A program made the translations under genes and the position numbers. DNA of 64,000 bases from Podarcis muralis (taxonomy: Eukaryota): assembly GCF_964188315.1 (NCBI RefSeq), contig NC_135658.1, forward strand, positions 24,490,001 to 24,554,000, read 5' to 3'. Shown here piece by piece: positions 21,815 to 35,396 of this stretch (position 1 is the first letter of the stretch; the number at the start of each line of letters is the position of its first letter). A model generated the notes under the pieces. The model did no database searches and had not been told where the DNA came from. It was given only the letters and a program-made list of their open reading frames with translations.

Positions 21815-22025
21815 CAGTGGTACCTTGGGTTACATACGCTTCAGGTTACATACGCTTCAGGTTACACACTCCGCTAACCCAGAAATAGTACCTCGGGTTA
21901 AGAACTTTGCTTCAGGATGAGAACAGTGGCGCGGCGGCAGCAGAAGGCCCCATTAGCTAAAGTGGTGCTTCAGGTTAAGAACGGACCTCTGGAACGAATT
22001 AAGTACTTAACCCGAGGTACCACTG
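21815..22025 (+). mobile_element. Tigger/pogo-type MITE, about 211 bp
   Basis: TA|CAGTGGTACCT...AGGTACCACTG|TA; same family as 63013-63221 in the opposite orientation. Confidence 0.92.
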
Positions 22026-22217
22026 TACATGGCGAATGTACATGAACAAGACAGGCAATTTCAGCAAACGTCTTCAGGGATCTGAAGGAGAACGAAACAT
22101 GGTTCGTTCTGAGTATTTAAAATATTGCCATTTTAAAAAAATAAAAAATGGCCAAGGCAGCAACAGACACAAAGCAAAAAATTAAACATTATGGGAAAAC
22201 CAACTCATAAACTGACT

Positions 22218-22330
22218 TCTTAGAACCTAAGGATGGCTCTGCTAGATCAGACCAAAGGCTCATCTAGTCCAGTATCCTGTATCACACAGAGCTGCCAAAT
22301 AGATGTCCATGTGCCCATAAGCGCAACACC
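22218..22330 (-). mobile_element. CR1 3'-end fragment
   Basis: ctgctagatcagaccaaaggctcatctagtccagtatcctg motif. Confidence 0.65.
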
Positions 22331-22716
22331 AGTGTCTTCCTCAACCATATGTACCAACCGACTTTGGGTGGACAGAGACACTGGTGCTAATATGTTCAAT
22401 TACATGTAATCTGAAAGACACGTTACCCCATTTTGTGTTGGCTGGACGTTAGCAGTTCTGTGCTTGCAGAATACGTTATTCTTTGTGGATTTAGTTGCTG
22501 TTGGGCCAAATAAGGCAATGTGAATGCAATACAATGTGCCTTTTTAAAATAAATTTTCATTATTGATGTTTGGATTTTCTGAAGTTTTGTCTGAATAATA
22601 TTTTTTTTTAAGTCCCATGTAAAGCCTTAGGTGTTAGGGGCAAAAACCCCAAATATTTTAACCCATTGGCCTTCAACTGGTGCATTGCAGCCACTACACG
22701 CTTGCAGCTTAATAAA

Positions 22717-23077
22717 GGTAAAGGTAAAGGTACCCCTGCCCGTACGGGCCAGTCTTGACAGACTCTAGGGTTGTGCGCCCATCTCACTCAAGAGGCCGGG
22801 GGCCAGCGCTGTCCGGAGACACTTCCGGGTCACGTGGCCAGCGTGACGAAGCTGCTCTGGCGAGCCAGAGCCGCACACGGAAACGCCGTTTACCTTCCCG
22901 CCAGGAAGCGGTCCCTATTTATCTACTTGCACTTAAGGGTGCTTTCGAACTGCTAGGTTGGCAGGCGCTGGGACCGAGCAACGGGAGCGCACCCCGCCGC
23001 GGGGATTCGAACCGCCGACCTTTCGATCGGCAAGCCCTAGGCACTGAGGCTTTTACCCACAGCGCCACCCGCGTCCC
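22717..23077 (-). mobile_element. Full-length Sauria SINE (distinct subfamily)
   Basis: gggacgcgggtggcgc head on the minus strand, (ACCTTT)n tail; 13-bp TSD gcagcttaataaa at 22704-22716 and 23078-23090. Confidence 0.95.
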
Positions 23078-24660
23078 GCAGCTTAATAAAAGGTGGGCTT
23101 TAATACCAACATGACTGCCATATTCAATATTCAAATTCATGTTTGGGTTAAGAGTGGATCCCAGGTCCGAAAAGGCTGAAGATTAACATTTTAAATAAAC
23201 ATATAAATCAAGGGTGGGAGGGAATGCTGTCTTTCCAAACAGTAGTATAATGGATCTTTCATCTTCTTTGGGCTGGGTTTAGCTGAGCGATTTAGCAGGA
23301 AGCAGCACAATGAGTCCTGACAGTGCAACAGGAACTGTGTGCTGGGGGAGGTCAGGGGAGATTGTTTCCTCAGACAATCTGAAATGCTGCAAGAACAGTT
23401 CAAGGAGTACAACTTTGAATTCCGCCCTGCATCTGTCACAAGTCCAATTTCCCAAAACTGAGTAAAATTTAAAGCAATACTTTACCAAGCAATTTTGCTA
23501 AAAAAAATACTTGTGAACTCAAAAGCAGAGGTCTAAATTAAATCCAATTCAGCATCTGAAATGGACAGCAAACACACTGGCAAAAATGAAAGTACCTGAC
23601 CATAGCAACTAAGGTATTCACTTGTAGTCTTTCTTTTTTCTTTTTACTTGCAACCATTAGGAAAAACCATGGGGTATTCTTTAAAGACTAATTACAAGTG
23701 TGCTGGAGCTGATGGAAATATACCTGAAGGTCCAAGAGACTTTTGGGTTGGATCCACAAATTGCCTTGCATGAGACAGTTCACACCCACCCCCCAAATCA
23801 CTTCTACAATTTCCCAACTCAAGCCCCTCAGAGCCCATTTCCTACAATTCTACCCTTCAAAAGCAGCTTTTCAAAGGAGATGCAGTGGACTTTTGCTGCA
23901 GAAGTGAACTTTTGCTTGCACTTTTCTGGTTTCAACTCTGTAGATTTAGTTGATAAACTGGAAGAACAAAGCACTGCTTGTTGCATATGTCATTTTCATA
24001 TCTACTACATGAGCAAGCAAAGTTTCTATGTTCATATGATGTGTCTTTTTGGTTTTAATCTTCTATAAGGTCCCAATAAACATGACACAAACTTTTGTGA
24101 AAGTTTAGGAATCATCAAGAGTAATCAGCATATTTGTGTTGCAAAATTCTCAAGTCTGTTTGGATTTTTCTGAATAGTAGTACAGAAAATGTTACATTCT
24201 TGTGAAACAATTAATTTGGAAAATCATGTTAACAAAAAATCATAATTCTGACAAATGATCATAATAGAATAGACGGATTAGGGATTCCCATATAGTATCT
24301 GCATTTTGTAAATATTTTTTAAAAGTGGGTGGTTTGGGGGCATGAAATCACCCTTTCAACACACAAATTTCCTACAAATTAATAGATTTATTCTTTGACC
24401 CATTCTTTGATAATCCTAAAAGTACAGAGATATGAGGAAGCTATGAAGAAGGCAACCCACTCTTTGAGGGAGAATATCCATACTCCCCTAATAACATTCA
24501 CCCCAATTCAGATGCAAATAAATCTAGTTAAGAGGATTGTTAGAAAGTTATGAACAGAAGTGTCTGTTCTGTTTTTTTCAAAAGCACACAGCAGAATCCT
24601 AAATATTTGATTGGCTTGGTATATTTTTCCCTGAACAAAGAGCTGTGTAGGGGGAGGCCT

Positions 24661-24674
24661 CTGCCATCTAGTGG
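24661..24674 (-). promoter_or_regulatory. CTCF-like motif
   Basis: CCACTAGATGGCAG fits the CTCF core CCASYAGRKGGCRS. Confidence 0.6.
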
Positions 24675-25109
24675 CTGAGGACAGAAAATACACCAGTAGG
24701 TTGTTTCCAGCAACTCCATTCAGAATTTCTCCGGCTTAGCGCCTTTTTCATTTCTCCTGTGAGTGCCCTCTTCCATTCTTTTCTGTTTTCCAAGTGTATT
24801 TAACTACATTGGCTTGATGGCTCAGAGGTTGCATTTCTCCTGCTTATGAGACTGTTATTTTTGTACTTATCCTGTTCTCTGGGATTTGTTGTTACTTAGG
24901 GTTTTGTCTAAGCTTGTGCTTCCTGCATGCACCATGTTATGTTACGCCGTTTGACACTGGCCAGTTTGTTTGCTTGTTCTCTGAGGAAGCAGTCGGCTTG
25001 ATTGCTCCCTTTCCATTATGTGCTGTTTGCCCTCTGCCTGAAGCTGGACTTGTTAGAATATGGATTAAGGTCACTGGCAATGAAAGACCACCTACTTTCC
25101 CACCCTTGA

Positions 25110-25123
25110 CCACTAGATGGCCC
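25110..25123 (+). promoter_or_regulatory. CTCF-like motif
   Basis: CCACTAGATGGCCC; shares a 12-mer with 24661-24674 in the opposite orientation. Confidence 0.55.
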
Positions 25124-28100
25124 TTTGTCCAATAAAAACACCTTACAGGTGAGTACAAAATGCCCATGATAATAGGCACACCCCTTTGGGCTGCCATATT
25201 TTCAACATTAGATCACATCCCTACAGGATGATTTTCAGAATTCTTCCACAATGCAAAATTACACACAATGTCCTTGGCATCACCCTTTCTGTGTCTAATC
25301 TTACCTTTGACTGCAGGAGGCACCAGGATAAGGCCAGTGTCCTAGTTCCACTTCCAAAACAGTGTCAGCAGGTTTTAAGTCTTTCTGAAGATCTAATTTC
25401 TTAAGCCACATCATGCATGTGCACGAATGACAGGGAAAGGAGAGGAAGTTTGCCACAACACATATATACGGCCTAGTTCTTTTCATATGCTCCTATATTT
25501 TATAAAACATCTAATAAGGACAAATTTATGGTTTAATCAACAGGTTTATGCACATAATATGACACCAAATGAGCATTTTTACTGAACATCTCACATAATA
25601 CATGAAGTACAAAGGTCACAAGAGCATGCTATTGTATGTTTGAACAATTAGTTTTCCAAAATGATCAGCAAGAATTTGTAAAAATGAAATAGAGTCCAAT
25701 GTTTGTTGTTGCCTTGTGCTGTCTTCTGCTAAACCAATATTAAACTGATGAATAGCACATTTAAAAACCTGTGTTATAACTTCCTTGAATTCCAGGACCC
25801 ATTTGTGATCCAGGTTCTCATGTCATGCTAATCCATGGTTAACATTATCAAGGTTTATCCAACTACCCACGGCTTATGAACATGGTTTATTAATGGTTAA
25901 TAAACTATGCTTAAGCCACTGGGCCCAGCTCAAATGACCAAATACACCATGGTTTAATAAACTATGCCTTACCATGTGTTTATCTAATTAGTCATTCAAA
26001 CAAAACCACTTCCAATGTATATTAATGAGGTAAAAAATCATTCTTAAATAAAAAAACCTTTAACCTATATTCATTACAAGGTATTGCAAAAATACTTTTG
26101 AGTAGCTATAAATGAACAGTTCATTTTAAGTAATGGAAGAGTACCTGTAGGTTGACTATATACACAACTTTAGTCCCACCTAAATTAAGATCTATTCAAT
26201 GGGATCAGTACTCATAGATTCACTGTTTCAAGAAATCTAGTTTAGGTAAATTATATAAGGGCTTAATGAAGACTTAAATGAAGCACTAAAAGAACCCCAA
26301 GCACAGAACATTCTAGTACCACATTTTCCATAAAAGTATGAATTCTAGTTGTAAAGATTAAAATCTGAAGGGAAAGGAAATCTGATTTCACCAAGTGTTC
26401 AACAGCATCCACTATTCTGCAAATTTACTATAGATAGGATAGGAAATCTATTTAATCTGAGACAGTCAGTCCATGTACTATATTAATGAAATCCGTTTGC
26501 AATTTTCTTTATGGGAAGTGTCTATTTCAGAAAGCATTGTCAATATAATTTCAGACCCTACATTTTAAAATTTGTTTTCCAGATCCACATACAACAGGAA
26601 ATTATGGTTTCCCATTAAAAGCACAGGCCTTCCATGCACACACAAACACATATTTTTCTTTCACACACCACAGCAGAAGATTGCAAGCTTACCTTCCAAT
26701 TTCATACCTCTCCCTGACACTAGACACAGTTTTCTGTGACAAGTTCAGATGAAAAGGGGGAGGAGAATGTGAACCAGAGACTATTGCCTGTAATAGGAAG
26801 CCCAAGTTTCCTGTTGAATCTAAACACGACTATTGTCTTATTTCATGTTTTTGCCTCATTGTGATGGTTAGACACTGAAATCTCAAAAGCCCTTCATCTT
26901 CCCACAGAAAAGCATCACCTTGCTTTGATAAAAAAATTGAATCCATCTTGCCAATAGAACATCTTGATCAGACTTTTTCCATGGTAAAGTGTTTCCTGTT
27001 CATTTACTTATTTTATTTATAAATATCTTCCTATAAAGTATCTCAAAGTGATTTAAACATAAAAACATCAACAATAAACTATTTAAGCAATTTATAGACC
27101 CCCCCCCAATACACACTTTTCTAAGCAGTGTAAAAATTATAACATCATGACAATGGTGTAAATAAAATGAAAATACATACTGTCACCAAAAATCCAGAAT
27201 CAAAATATTAGAACAAAATACTGAGCAGTGCAATCTAAATATTGAAGTTTTCAAAAGGTGTCTAAAGCACATCACGGTTGACACCTCTCAGAGGAGGAGG
27301 TAAAGGAGAGGGTGTTCCAGGAAATCAGCACCACTGCAGAAAAGAACCAGTTTCTTCATGCCACAAACCATACTGATCTTATCGCTATTTGACGTCTGAA
27401 CTGATCTGGATTAGTTCTCAGTTCTTTTTACATCTTTTCACATGCTAAAGCTGGCCAGTCACTCAAGTGGCTTTTATTACAATTTGTCATACAGTCCTTT
27501 TCACACCACAAGGTTTTAAACAAAACCCTTCTCAAGAGTCATACAGAATTACAAGCTTCCCGGGGTTTTCCCCTACAGGTGAAAGCAGCTACTAGTTGGG
27601 TGGAGAACGGGTGTAAAAGGATACTTAACCCTCACCTTCCTTCGCTGTTTGTCCACCTAAAATTATCCCACTCCCATATGCTTTTCTCCCCAAGAGATAA
27701 AGTTACCAAAAGCTTAAATAAATCCAAGAGTTTAAAAAGCCAGTGCAGACACACTACAGAAGAAAAGCAATGTGACTGGTTATATTGGTATACTGTAGCT
27801 GGATTTACTCCAATAGCCACTGGTGACTAAAACCCTCCTTACCTTCAATTATATATCTAGCTGAATGAAATGTTTGGTGCAGTAATATTAGGTATTAAAG
27901 AGTTTCTGAATACTTGTTCCTTATTCAACAGTTGAATTTCAGATCTATCCCCCAGGTGAGATGCTCAAGATGTAGAACAGTAACATTTGCTAACATTCTA
28001 AATAATTTCCAGTAAAACAATGTGGAAAGTTCATTCCAGGAGTTACTCACTCTTTGTTTATAAGCAGTGAGAAAGTATGGAAAACAATAGCAATGGGGAA

Positions 28101-28419
28101 AGTGAATGTGGACACTGTAACAAATCGCTTAACTGTAACGAAACCTTTTAAATACCTTTTTGAAAACATCACTTTTACAGAACAGACCAAGAACTAGCTT
28201 TTATCCAATGATAACTAAATTAAAAGATATATGAAGGGGCAATAGCAAAGATCAACAGTTGTACCCCAAAGGTAACACAGAATCAAATCATTTTCAAACT
28301 CGTTAGCACAATTTTTGGTTCTCAATTAATGATGAACTCGAAATGTATGTATATTAGCAATAAGCCTTGGCATATGCAGTTTTCACTTAGGATGTTTCAG
28401 AAACTTCCATGCTGGATTT

Positions 28420-28420
28420 A

Positions 28421-28456
<36 letters not shown>
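28420..28456. repeat. (AC)n microsatellite with one interruption
   Basis: Direct read. Confidence 0.95.
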
Positions 28457-31400
28457 GCTTTGAATAAAGTTTGAAGGGCCTTAATTGCAAAATCCTAGGT
28501 TCAATTCTCTATCTTTTTATGATGACAACTTAACTTCTTGTATTAGTTCCCAAATTTTTTAAAAATCACAAAGTATCCAGCTAGTTTCATAGAAAGGAGA
28601 AAGATCAGGATATACAAGATGACTCACCTGTTTTTCTTGCTTCTAAAAGTATCGTAAAAGTGGTGATTTTTGTATGACCCATCAGAGGATGCTGCAGATA
28701 CTTCCCTGGCTTTAGAAGCCGAAGCACTGTCTTTTAGTATATTTGCTGTAAACTAACCGTACTAGAGAGTTGGATACAATCAAAAATATTAAGTACATTA
28801 GCAGAAACTAAACTAATATGGATAGAAAGTTACATGTTCCTTATAGACAAGAGTTGCAGCGTGGAGGACTGTTTTAGGATAATGAGTAGTCCTTTCTGTT
28901 TGTTATCACTCATGGCACCTTGTGAATAACATTTAGAAGTACACATTTATTTTCCTTTGTTTTAAAAGACTAACACAGCTTTCTGGATTATATAAAATCT
29001 ATTGGTCAAATGTAAAGTCACCTGAAGTATTTTCTAAGGACGACATCAAACCATGTCCTCCTACTTAAGCAATAGGACATCCTGTTTCTTTTTTTCTTCC
29101 AGTCCCCACCACACCACCAAAATCTGCTCCAGGGGTCTCCCACCCTTCCAGAACTGATTTTTGGAGGCATGCTGGTAGCTGCAGGGGGGAGGGAAGAAGA
29201 GAAGTCGCCTTGCATGTTGGCTCTCACCCCAAATTTCTATAGTGCTCCAGTATATACTGCTCTAAATGCTTTATAACAAAAGATACCAAGCTGGAACAAA
29301 CAAGCAAGAGAGATCAGTATACACACACACACCGTAAGACAGTTCAAATAATCAACAGTCAGCCCAGATCAATGAACAGTTTTCCAGCTTAACAACCAAG
29401 TCTGATGACTACATATTTCACCTGCCCCCTAAGTCTGCATGGAGAAACGTCAAGCGACCTGCCCTGAACACAGAACTGCACGACTGGGGTGCTACCACCA
29501 AGAAGGAGCTAGAAGTTAGATAAAGAACACTGAGTTCTTAGGCAATAGTAAGACCGCTAGGTTAGGTCTTAAAATTCAAACCAAAATATTCTGAATTTTT
29601 CCTGTAAAACAAATGTGCCTGTCTTTAGGACAAGAGGTTGCTAGAATTTGGTTATCTGATTCCAACAGGTGCATTTTGTAACTGTTGTGATTTCCAAAAT
29701 AATTTTCAAGGAATCCCCATATAAAATACATTTCAGTAATCTAATCTAGTGCTTAATGTGGTAGGAATCCAGGATGGTATCATTCAAGCTGTGACCTCAT
29801 CTAGAGTTTACAAGTCACCAATCCCCACCTACTGCTATCGCCTCCAGTCAGGATTGAGTGCCAGTTTATTAATTCTTGCACAGCATATTAGGCATTCCAA
29901 CTAGGATTTCTAATTCCACTATCTTACTCGAATTTGAGGAAATGGAAACGCTTAATGGAGCCACTAGCATACTGGTAAAAACTGCAATACTCCAGTGTTA
30001 TCAGACTCATCCAAGAGATCCTGAAGCTGGCTCAATGTCAGCAACTATCACATTCATAAACTAAGATATACTGAAGAATGACCTATTTCCTGCATCTAAA
30101 GGATCCAAGGAGGGACTCTTGCTTGTTAGTTTTTTATCTATAAATTGCATGAAGTGAACTGGAGAACCATTCTCCTCAAGGAGATATTCAGTTTTATGGC
30201 TTCAACAAGCCTCACTTGACATCTTGAGTCAACTAGGAAAAGGTAGGATCCACAACACGTGGGAAGGGTTTGGCAAGACTCTTACAAGAACCTTGCAAAA
30301 CATCCTCAGGCTGTTACAACTGAAATTTGTCCAGACCAGTTTTAACTAGGAGACTTCTGATTTAGGTGCTGTAAAAGAAGAATCAAAGTTGGATGAGATG
30401 CAAGAGGTTTTGGTAACCACAGCAGGTTACCAAAAACATCATCAGATGGGGAAGTGGACAAGACAAGTATTACTCAAAACAATTCTACAGGATGGCTTTG
30501 CCATTTTCACTGCCGCAGAGTAAGTTCTTCTAATTTGTGTCTTTGTCAGATTTCATTTCCACTTAAACTGGAAAAGTTGTCCCAACAACTTAATCATTGT
30601 ATTTCTTCTTTATAGTACACCTAACCAGGAGAAAACAGAAAAATCTGACCATAAACATTATTTTATGTTGATTGCGTATCCATGAAATCTAAAGTATATT
30701 TTGAAGAACAAAACCAGAATAAAAACCATTGGTATATATTTTGAGATTCGTATAATTTAAAAGTTCACAGGTTACAGACGCAAGTAGGAAGATATCCTTA
30801 GAGCAGAATCATAATCATGATATAGAATTCTGCGAAATTTTACTTTATTTCAATCCCAGTACAAGATATCCCAGTAAAATAATAATGACAGGATAACATC
30901 TCTGCAGTGTACCTACTAACTGAACTTTTAGTTATGTTCAATAAATGTTTTGCTTATTAAAACTTAACACAATGGCCTGGTCACACAAAGCCAACCCATG
31001 GATTAGCATAAATGCATGAGCGTGTAGAATCTGGGAGAGGAGATCCCAGCTGCTTTGCTCTTCCCTGGTTGTTCTACTGCTGTGCCACACTAAGCCATAG
31101 TTTGGGGTCAGTGTGCCACCTGAACACAGGCTTACAGCTCAACCAACACTTTTATTTTTATTTTGGATACCAAAATGCTTAAACTAGCTTTAAACAAAGT
31201 ACTGAGTTCTAAAATTCAAATAAAGTTCACAGAAAACATTAGCTTTCGCTCCAACACTAAAAGCGAAAACTGAGAAGTTTGACATTAATATTGAAAAACA
31301 ATTCCAAAACAAATAGTTATCAAGGAACACGTGGTAACTAAAGTAATAGCTGAACTGCTTTATCTTGCCCATTGTTATGTTAACTTGTGTGCTGTGGCTT

Positions 31401-33800
31401 TCTGAAACGGAAGTAGTCATTAGGTCACAAAGTTTACTTGAAGTTTACATGAACTATCACTGGCTTAAGTCGACACCACACTTTCAAAAAAATATACATG
31501 ACGTGACTTGTGGGGGTGTTATTTAGTTTTTTTATAAAACACATGCAAACTACCTCAGTAAATATATAGTGAATGCTGGAATTAGTAAAATCAATACAAT
31601 TTTCTACACATTCAAAATTAAATATAGAAAAGTGTTAAATGTGTGTTCAATAAATGGGAAATTGCCTAAAATCTTGTAAACATCAGGAAATGTAGCTCAT
31701 TGTTCCTCCAAGTGTGCTCCACTGAAGATAATGGGGCTCACAACACCAAGAGCTGTCTCAAGCCCTTTGAAGCATCATTTCACACATTTACCATTTCACA
31801 CAATGAAACCATTTTGTATGAGATCGGGTAGTAGCATTAAGGCAGGAATTCATCCATTAAACTGCATGAATAACTATTTCATCAATTAAAGTGTCCAACA
31901 GTCCTGTGGCACCTTAAAGACGAACAGAATTATTATGGCATAAGCCACCATAGTCCACTTCACCAGGGGTTGAGTCACAGATAATACAAGTTGTTGTGGG
32001 GTGGGGTGACTGTAAACAGTGAAGTCAGAGGTCATCAGTTGCTTGTGAACCATTTAGTTATTAATATTTTTACTAACAAGGATTTACCTCCTACATCTAT
32101 TGCTTGCATAGGGTAGAAGAGTAATCTAACATTCTCCCAATATTACCCATTCTCAAGTACCTCATTTTCTAGTGTTGCAAGTCTTGAGAAAGTATCAGAA
32201 AATGCACCAATAAAATTTTACGCATACAAGTCATTTCTCAAAGAAATTCATCCACATTATCTCTACCTTTCCTTTTTAGAAAGTTGAGAGTAAAATGAGG
32301 GCAGGAAAAAGCCATTTGCTCTTACGTTTAAATGGCTATCATCTTCCTGCATTATTTTACATTTCACACCTTCCATATGAGGAGGATGGCTGCTTCTTCA
32401 GGATCCAAACAGCAGCATACAAATATAAATTCCTGGAACTGATAATCTAGATTAGATTTTATACAAATTTAGTTTATGCAGCACCCATGAAGAGTAAAAC
32501 AAAACACCCACCCAAAACCAGTATTTCTAAAATGTTACACTGATGAAAATATGGTCACTAGTGTCCTGTCTTGGCACAGGAATACAGGATTTTCCTTCTA
32601 ATTATTTAAAAAGTCCAACACTCATATTGATTTAGCAGAAATATAAATAGGGGGACAGGTGTTACCACATATTTCGCAAAACCATACTCAGCTCACATAA
32701 TATACCATACTTATTCAGAAGGACTGGTCTTCCATATAAGTCCAACACACTGAGGTTTAATAGAATGTTACCTAACAGTATTCCTATGCAAACGTGCAAT
32801 ATTTACATTAATGAAAAACATTTTGTAGTATAATCACAATATTGGTATATAAATATTGGTATATGTCAGTAACTTCTCATCCCTCTACTTAATATGCATT
32901 GTATAACTGGAATTCCCAGTTTTATTTTGTCCAAGCTTTTGTACATTGTATCTACTTTACACCATGCCTTTAAAAAGCTAGGTAAAGGTTGCACCAACAA
33001 TCCTATTGAAAATGTGTGTACTTAAATGAAACAACCAAATGCAAACTCATTTTGCCCATGGCAAGAGCTAAAGAGCAGCAGTTATGATCATTATCTGTAT
33101 ATATATAGCAAGCTAGCTCCCTATAACATGGAAGATATTTTCTTTCATGTTGTGAGATAAAAAAAACATATACAGTATTAGTTAAGAGCATTGGAAAAAG
33201 TAACGTTTTCAAGGAAGGAAAGGTCTTCAAACCTATACTGCCAACTTATATTCTTTATGAATCTTCTGCAAAGGCAACAGCCAACCTACACAATCAATTG
33301 AAACCCTTAACTACAGGGCAAAATACTGTTTTAACACACAATTACCAGCCAAGTTAACAAGATTTTAGTTTTCTTAAAGAATATTCGAGTTTTGTTTCCT
33401 GCGAAGAAATTATTATTCATAATCCAAAATCAGAGGTGAATATTTACTACTTGGAGATTTTTCAAGACTCAAAGTGTTTATTTGAAAGCTGAACACAGGA
33501 TACATTATTATGACATTCCCATTGCAACTAGGTTTGCACATGTTGGTGAGAACAACTTAAAACAGATCTATAAAGTCTTACTGAATGTTTCAGATGTTCT
33601 AAAGTTGCACAAGCCTCAACATTTGCTCCATGAGTTGTAAGCTGCACTTTCATTTCCATACAGTCACAATCTATAAAGCATTTAATTTTCAGAAGATAGG
33701 CTTTTTGAAGAAAAACGAAAATCTATGCGTACAATTAGAAAGTTAAGGGAAAGAATTCATAACAATGTTTCAAAATCATTTAAGCAGATCTGTATTATAT

Positions 33801-33806
33801 TTTATT
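33801..33806 (-). terminator. Candidate proximal PSPC1 poly(A) signal
   Basis: AATAAA on the minus strand 270 nt after the stop; further AATAAA at 33477-33482 and 32921-32926. Confidence 0.5.
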
Positions 33807-34075
33807 GTAAGTATGGAACTCACAAATGTCACAGCATGGTCACATTTTATTTTGCTGAAGTCACAAACATCAGACATGCAAAACGAAGCACATTATTTCT
33901 GCTCTACGTTAAAGCCTAAGACTGAATACAAAAAAGTAAGTTTTACTCCCCCACCCCACCCCCCAAAAGTTTGGTGACTACATTAACAATAAAACCGTTT
34001 TCAAGGTAACAGCTAAAATTATAAAGGCATAACACCAGATAGTCAATCAATTTTCTCAGAAGTAAGAAATCAATT

Positions 34076-34261
34076 TCAGTATCTGCGACGCTTGTTAGGT
34101 CCTTCAAAGCTGCCCCCAGGGTTTCCTCTACCAAAGCCACCGGGTCCACCACTGACGGCACCTACACCACCCATAGCCGGCTGAGGAGTTTCGGAGCCTG
34201 CCCTACTAACCATAGGAGAACCCATTTGTGGTGGGCCTCCTTGCGGGAATCTTTCAGAATG
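34076..34261 (-). CDS. PSPC1: PSPC1 terminal coding exon with C-terminal NLS
   Basis: aaatag|CAT...TAC TGA; 186 nt encoding [61 protein letters not shown]. Confidence 0.97.
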   Translation of the reverse strand, partial: HSERFPQGGPPQMGSPMVSRAGSETPQPAMGGVGAVSGGPGGFGRGNPGGSFEGPNKRRRY

Positions 34262-35202
34262 CTATTTTAAGTCCATTTAGAACCATTTTAGTTACAATAA
34301 AACCAAGGGGGGGAAACCAAGTGGCGTTTTCATGAAGATCGCAGATAGTCCAGCAGAATCAGGATGATACATAGAAGGAAGAAAGGAGCAATTAATTTTA
34401 GTCATTATTTTAATAATAAGCTGAAAAGTAAATTAACTAATGTTGCGCCCACCAGTATATTAAGACAAAAGGGGAAGGGATCCAACATCCAAGTTTTTTT
34501 TTAAAAAAAAAGAGATAAAAAATGCTATGAGAAACAGTTTCTAAGCCACCCTGATCATGCAATATAAAGAGCGAGACAAAAGTATAATAAATATATTTTG
34601 CAGGTTCTCCTGTACGGTATACGTGTAAAGTAGTATTTCTTCTTGAAATAAAGTAAGCAGAAGCACAATTCATTTTCTGTTGGAAGACATATCAATACTT
34701 TAAATGGTAAGTAAAAACCAGCTATAGCACATTTCAAGTTAGACTAATTTGAGTTAGAAGAGGAAATAAGATTTAGAGAAGGAAAAAAAGGAGCCAGATG
34801 CCATTAGCTACCTGCTCATTCTACCGCCACATACTTCCCCAAATCCTTTAGGCATTTTTATTTAAACCTGTTGTCAGCTGAAAAACTAACAACAAAATGC
34901 GCTATTCTAAAATTTGCAATATATTTTTTGCATTATGATATAGTTTGAGATTATACTCATTTTCAGATATACTCAGAAAACTTGTACGTTCAAACTGAAC
35001 TAATAAGTTAAGTTCTTACTTGCTCTTTTGAATCTAGGAGCATTAATTTAAATATATACATTTTTTTAAAGTCCCCATCTGACTTCACTGCTGTCTTTTT
35101 TCTAGTATTATCTGTGTATACCTTCCAAAAATCTGGAAAAGAGGCTCAGCCATTTAAGAAATTACAAAGAATTGGAGAACTCAATTGAGCAAATAATGTA
35201 AG

Positions 35203-35396
35203 ACGGTGTACTGCAGTTGACACCGAATGTTGGACTGGGGACCTAGGAAACTAGGCTTCAAATCCCCACGCAGCCATGAAGATCAGTGGGTGACATGGGA
35301 CTAATCAAAGCCCCTCAACCCACAAAGAAAAACTGGAAGGGAGACGTCCATCTTAAGCTCCTTGGAGGAAAGACAGGATATAAATACAGTAATAAA
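35203..35396 (+). mobile_element. Old tRNA-derived MIR-like SINE
   Basis: Degenerate A/B boxes (ggcttcaaatcccc), cagccatgaag CORE-like segment, gctccttggaggaaag...taaatac tail. Confidence 0.6.

Noticed and set aside
29018-29227. 69-aa ORF as a possible PSPC1 last exon
   Set aside because: The true last exon is 34261-34076; this peptide has no DBHS similarity.
29870-30480. Possible ancient L2 RT fragment
   Set aside because: Composition is suggestive, but I could not read a diagnostic motif; needs a Dfam/HMMER search.
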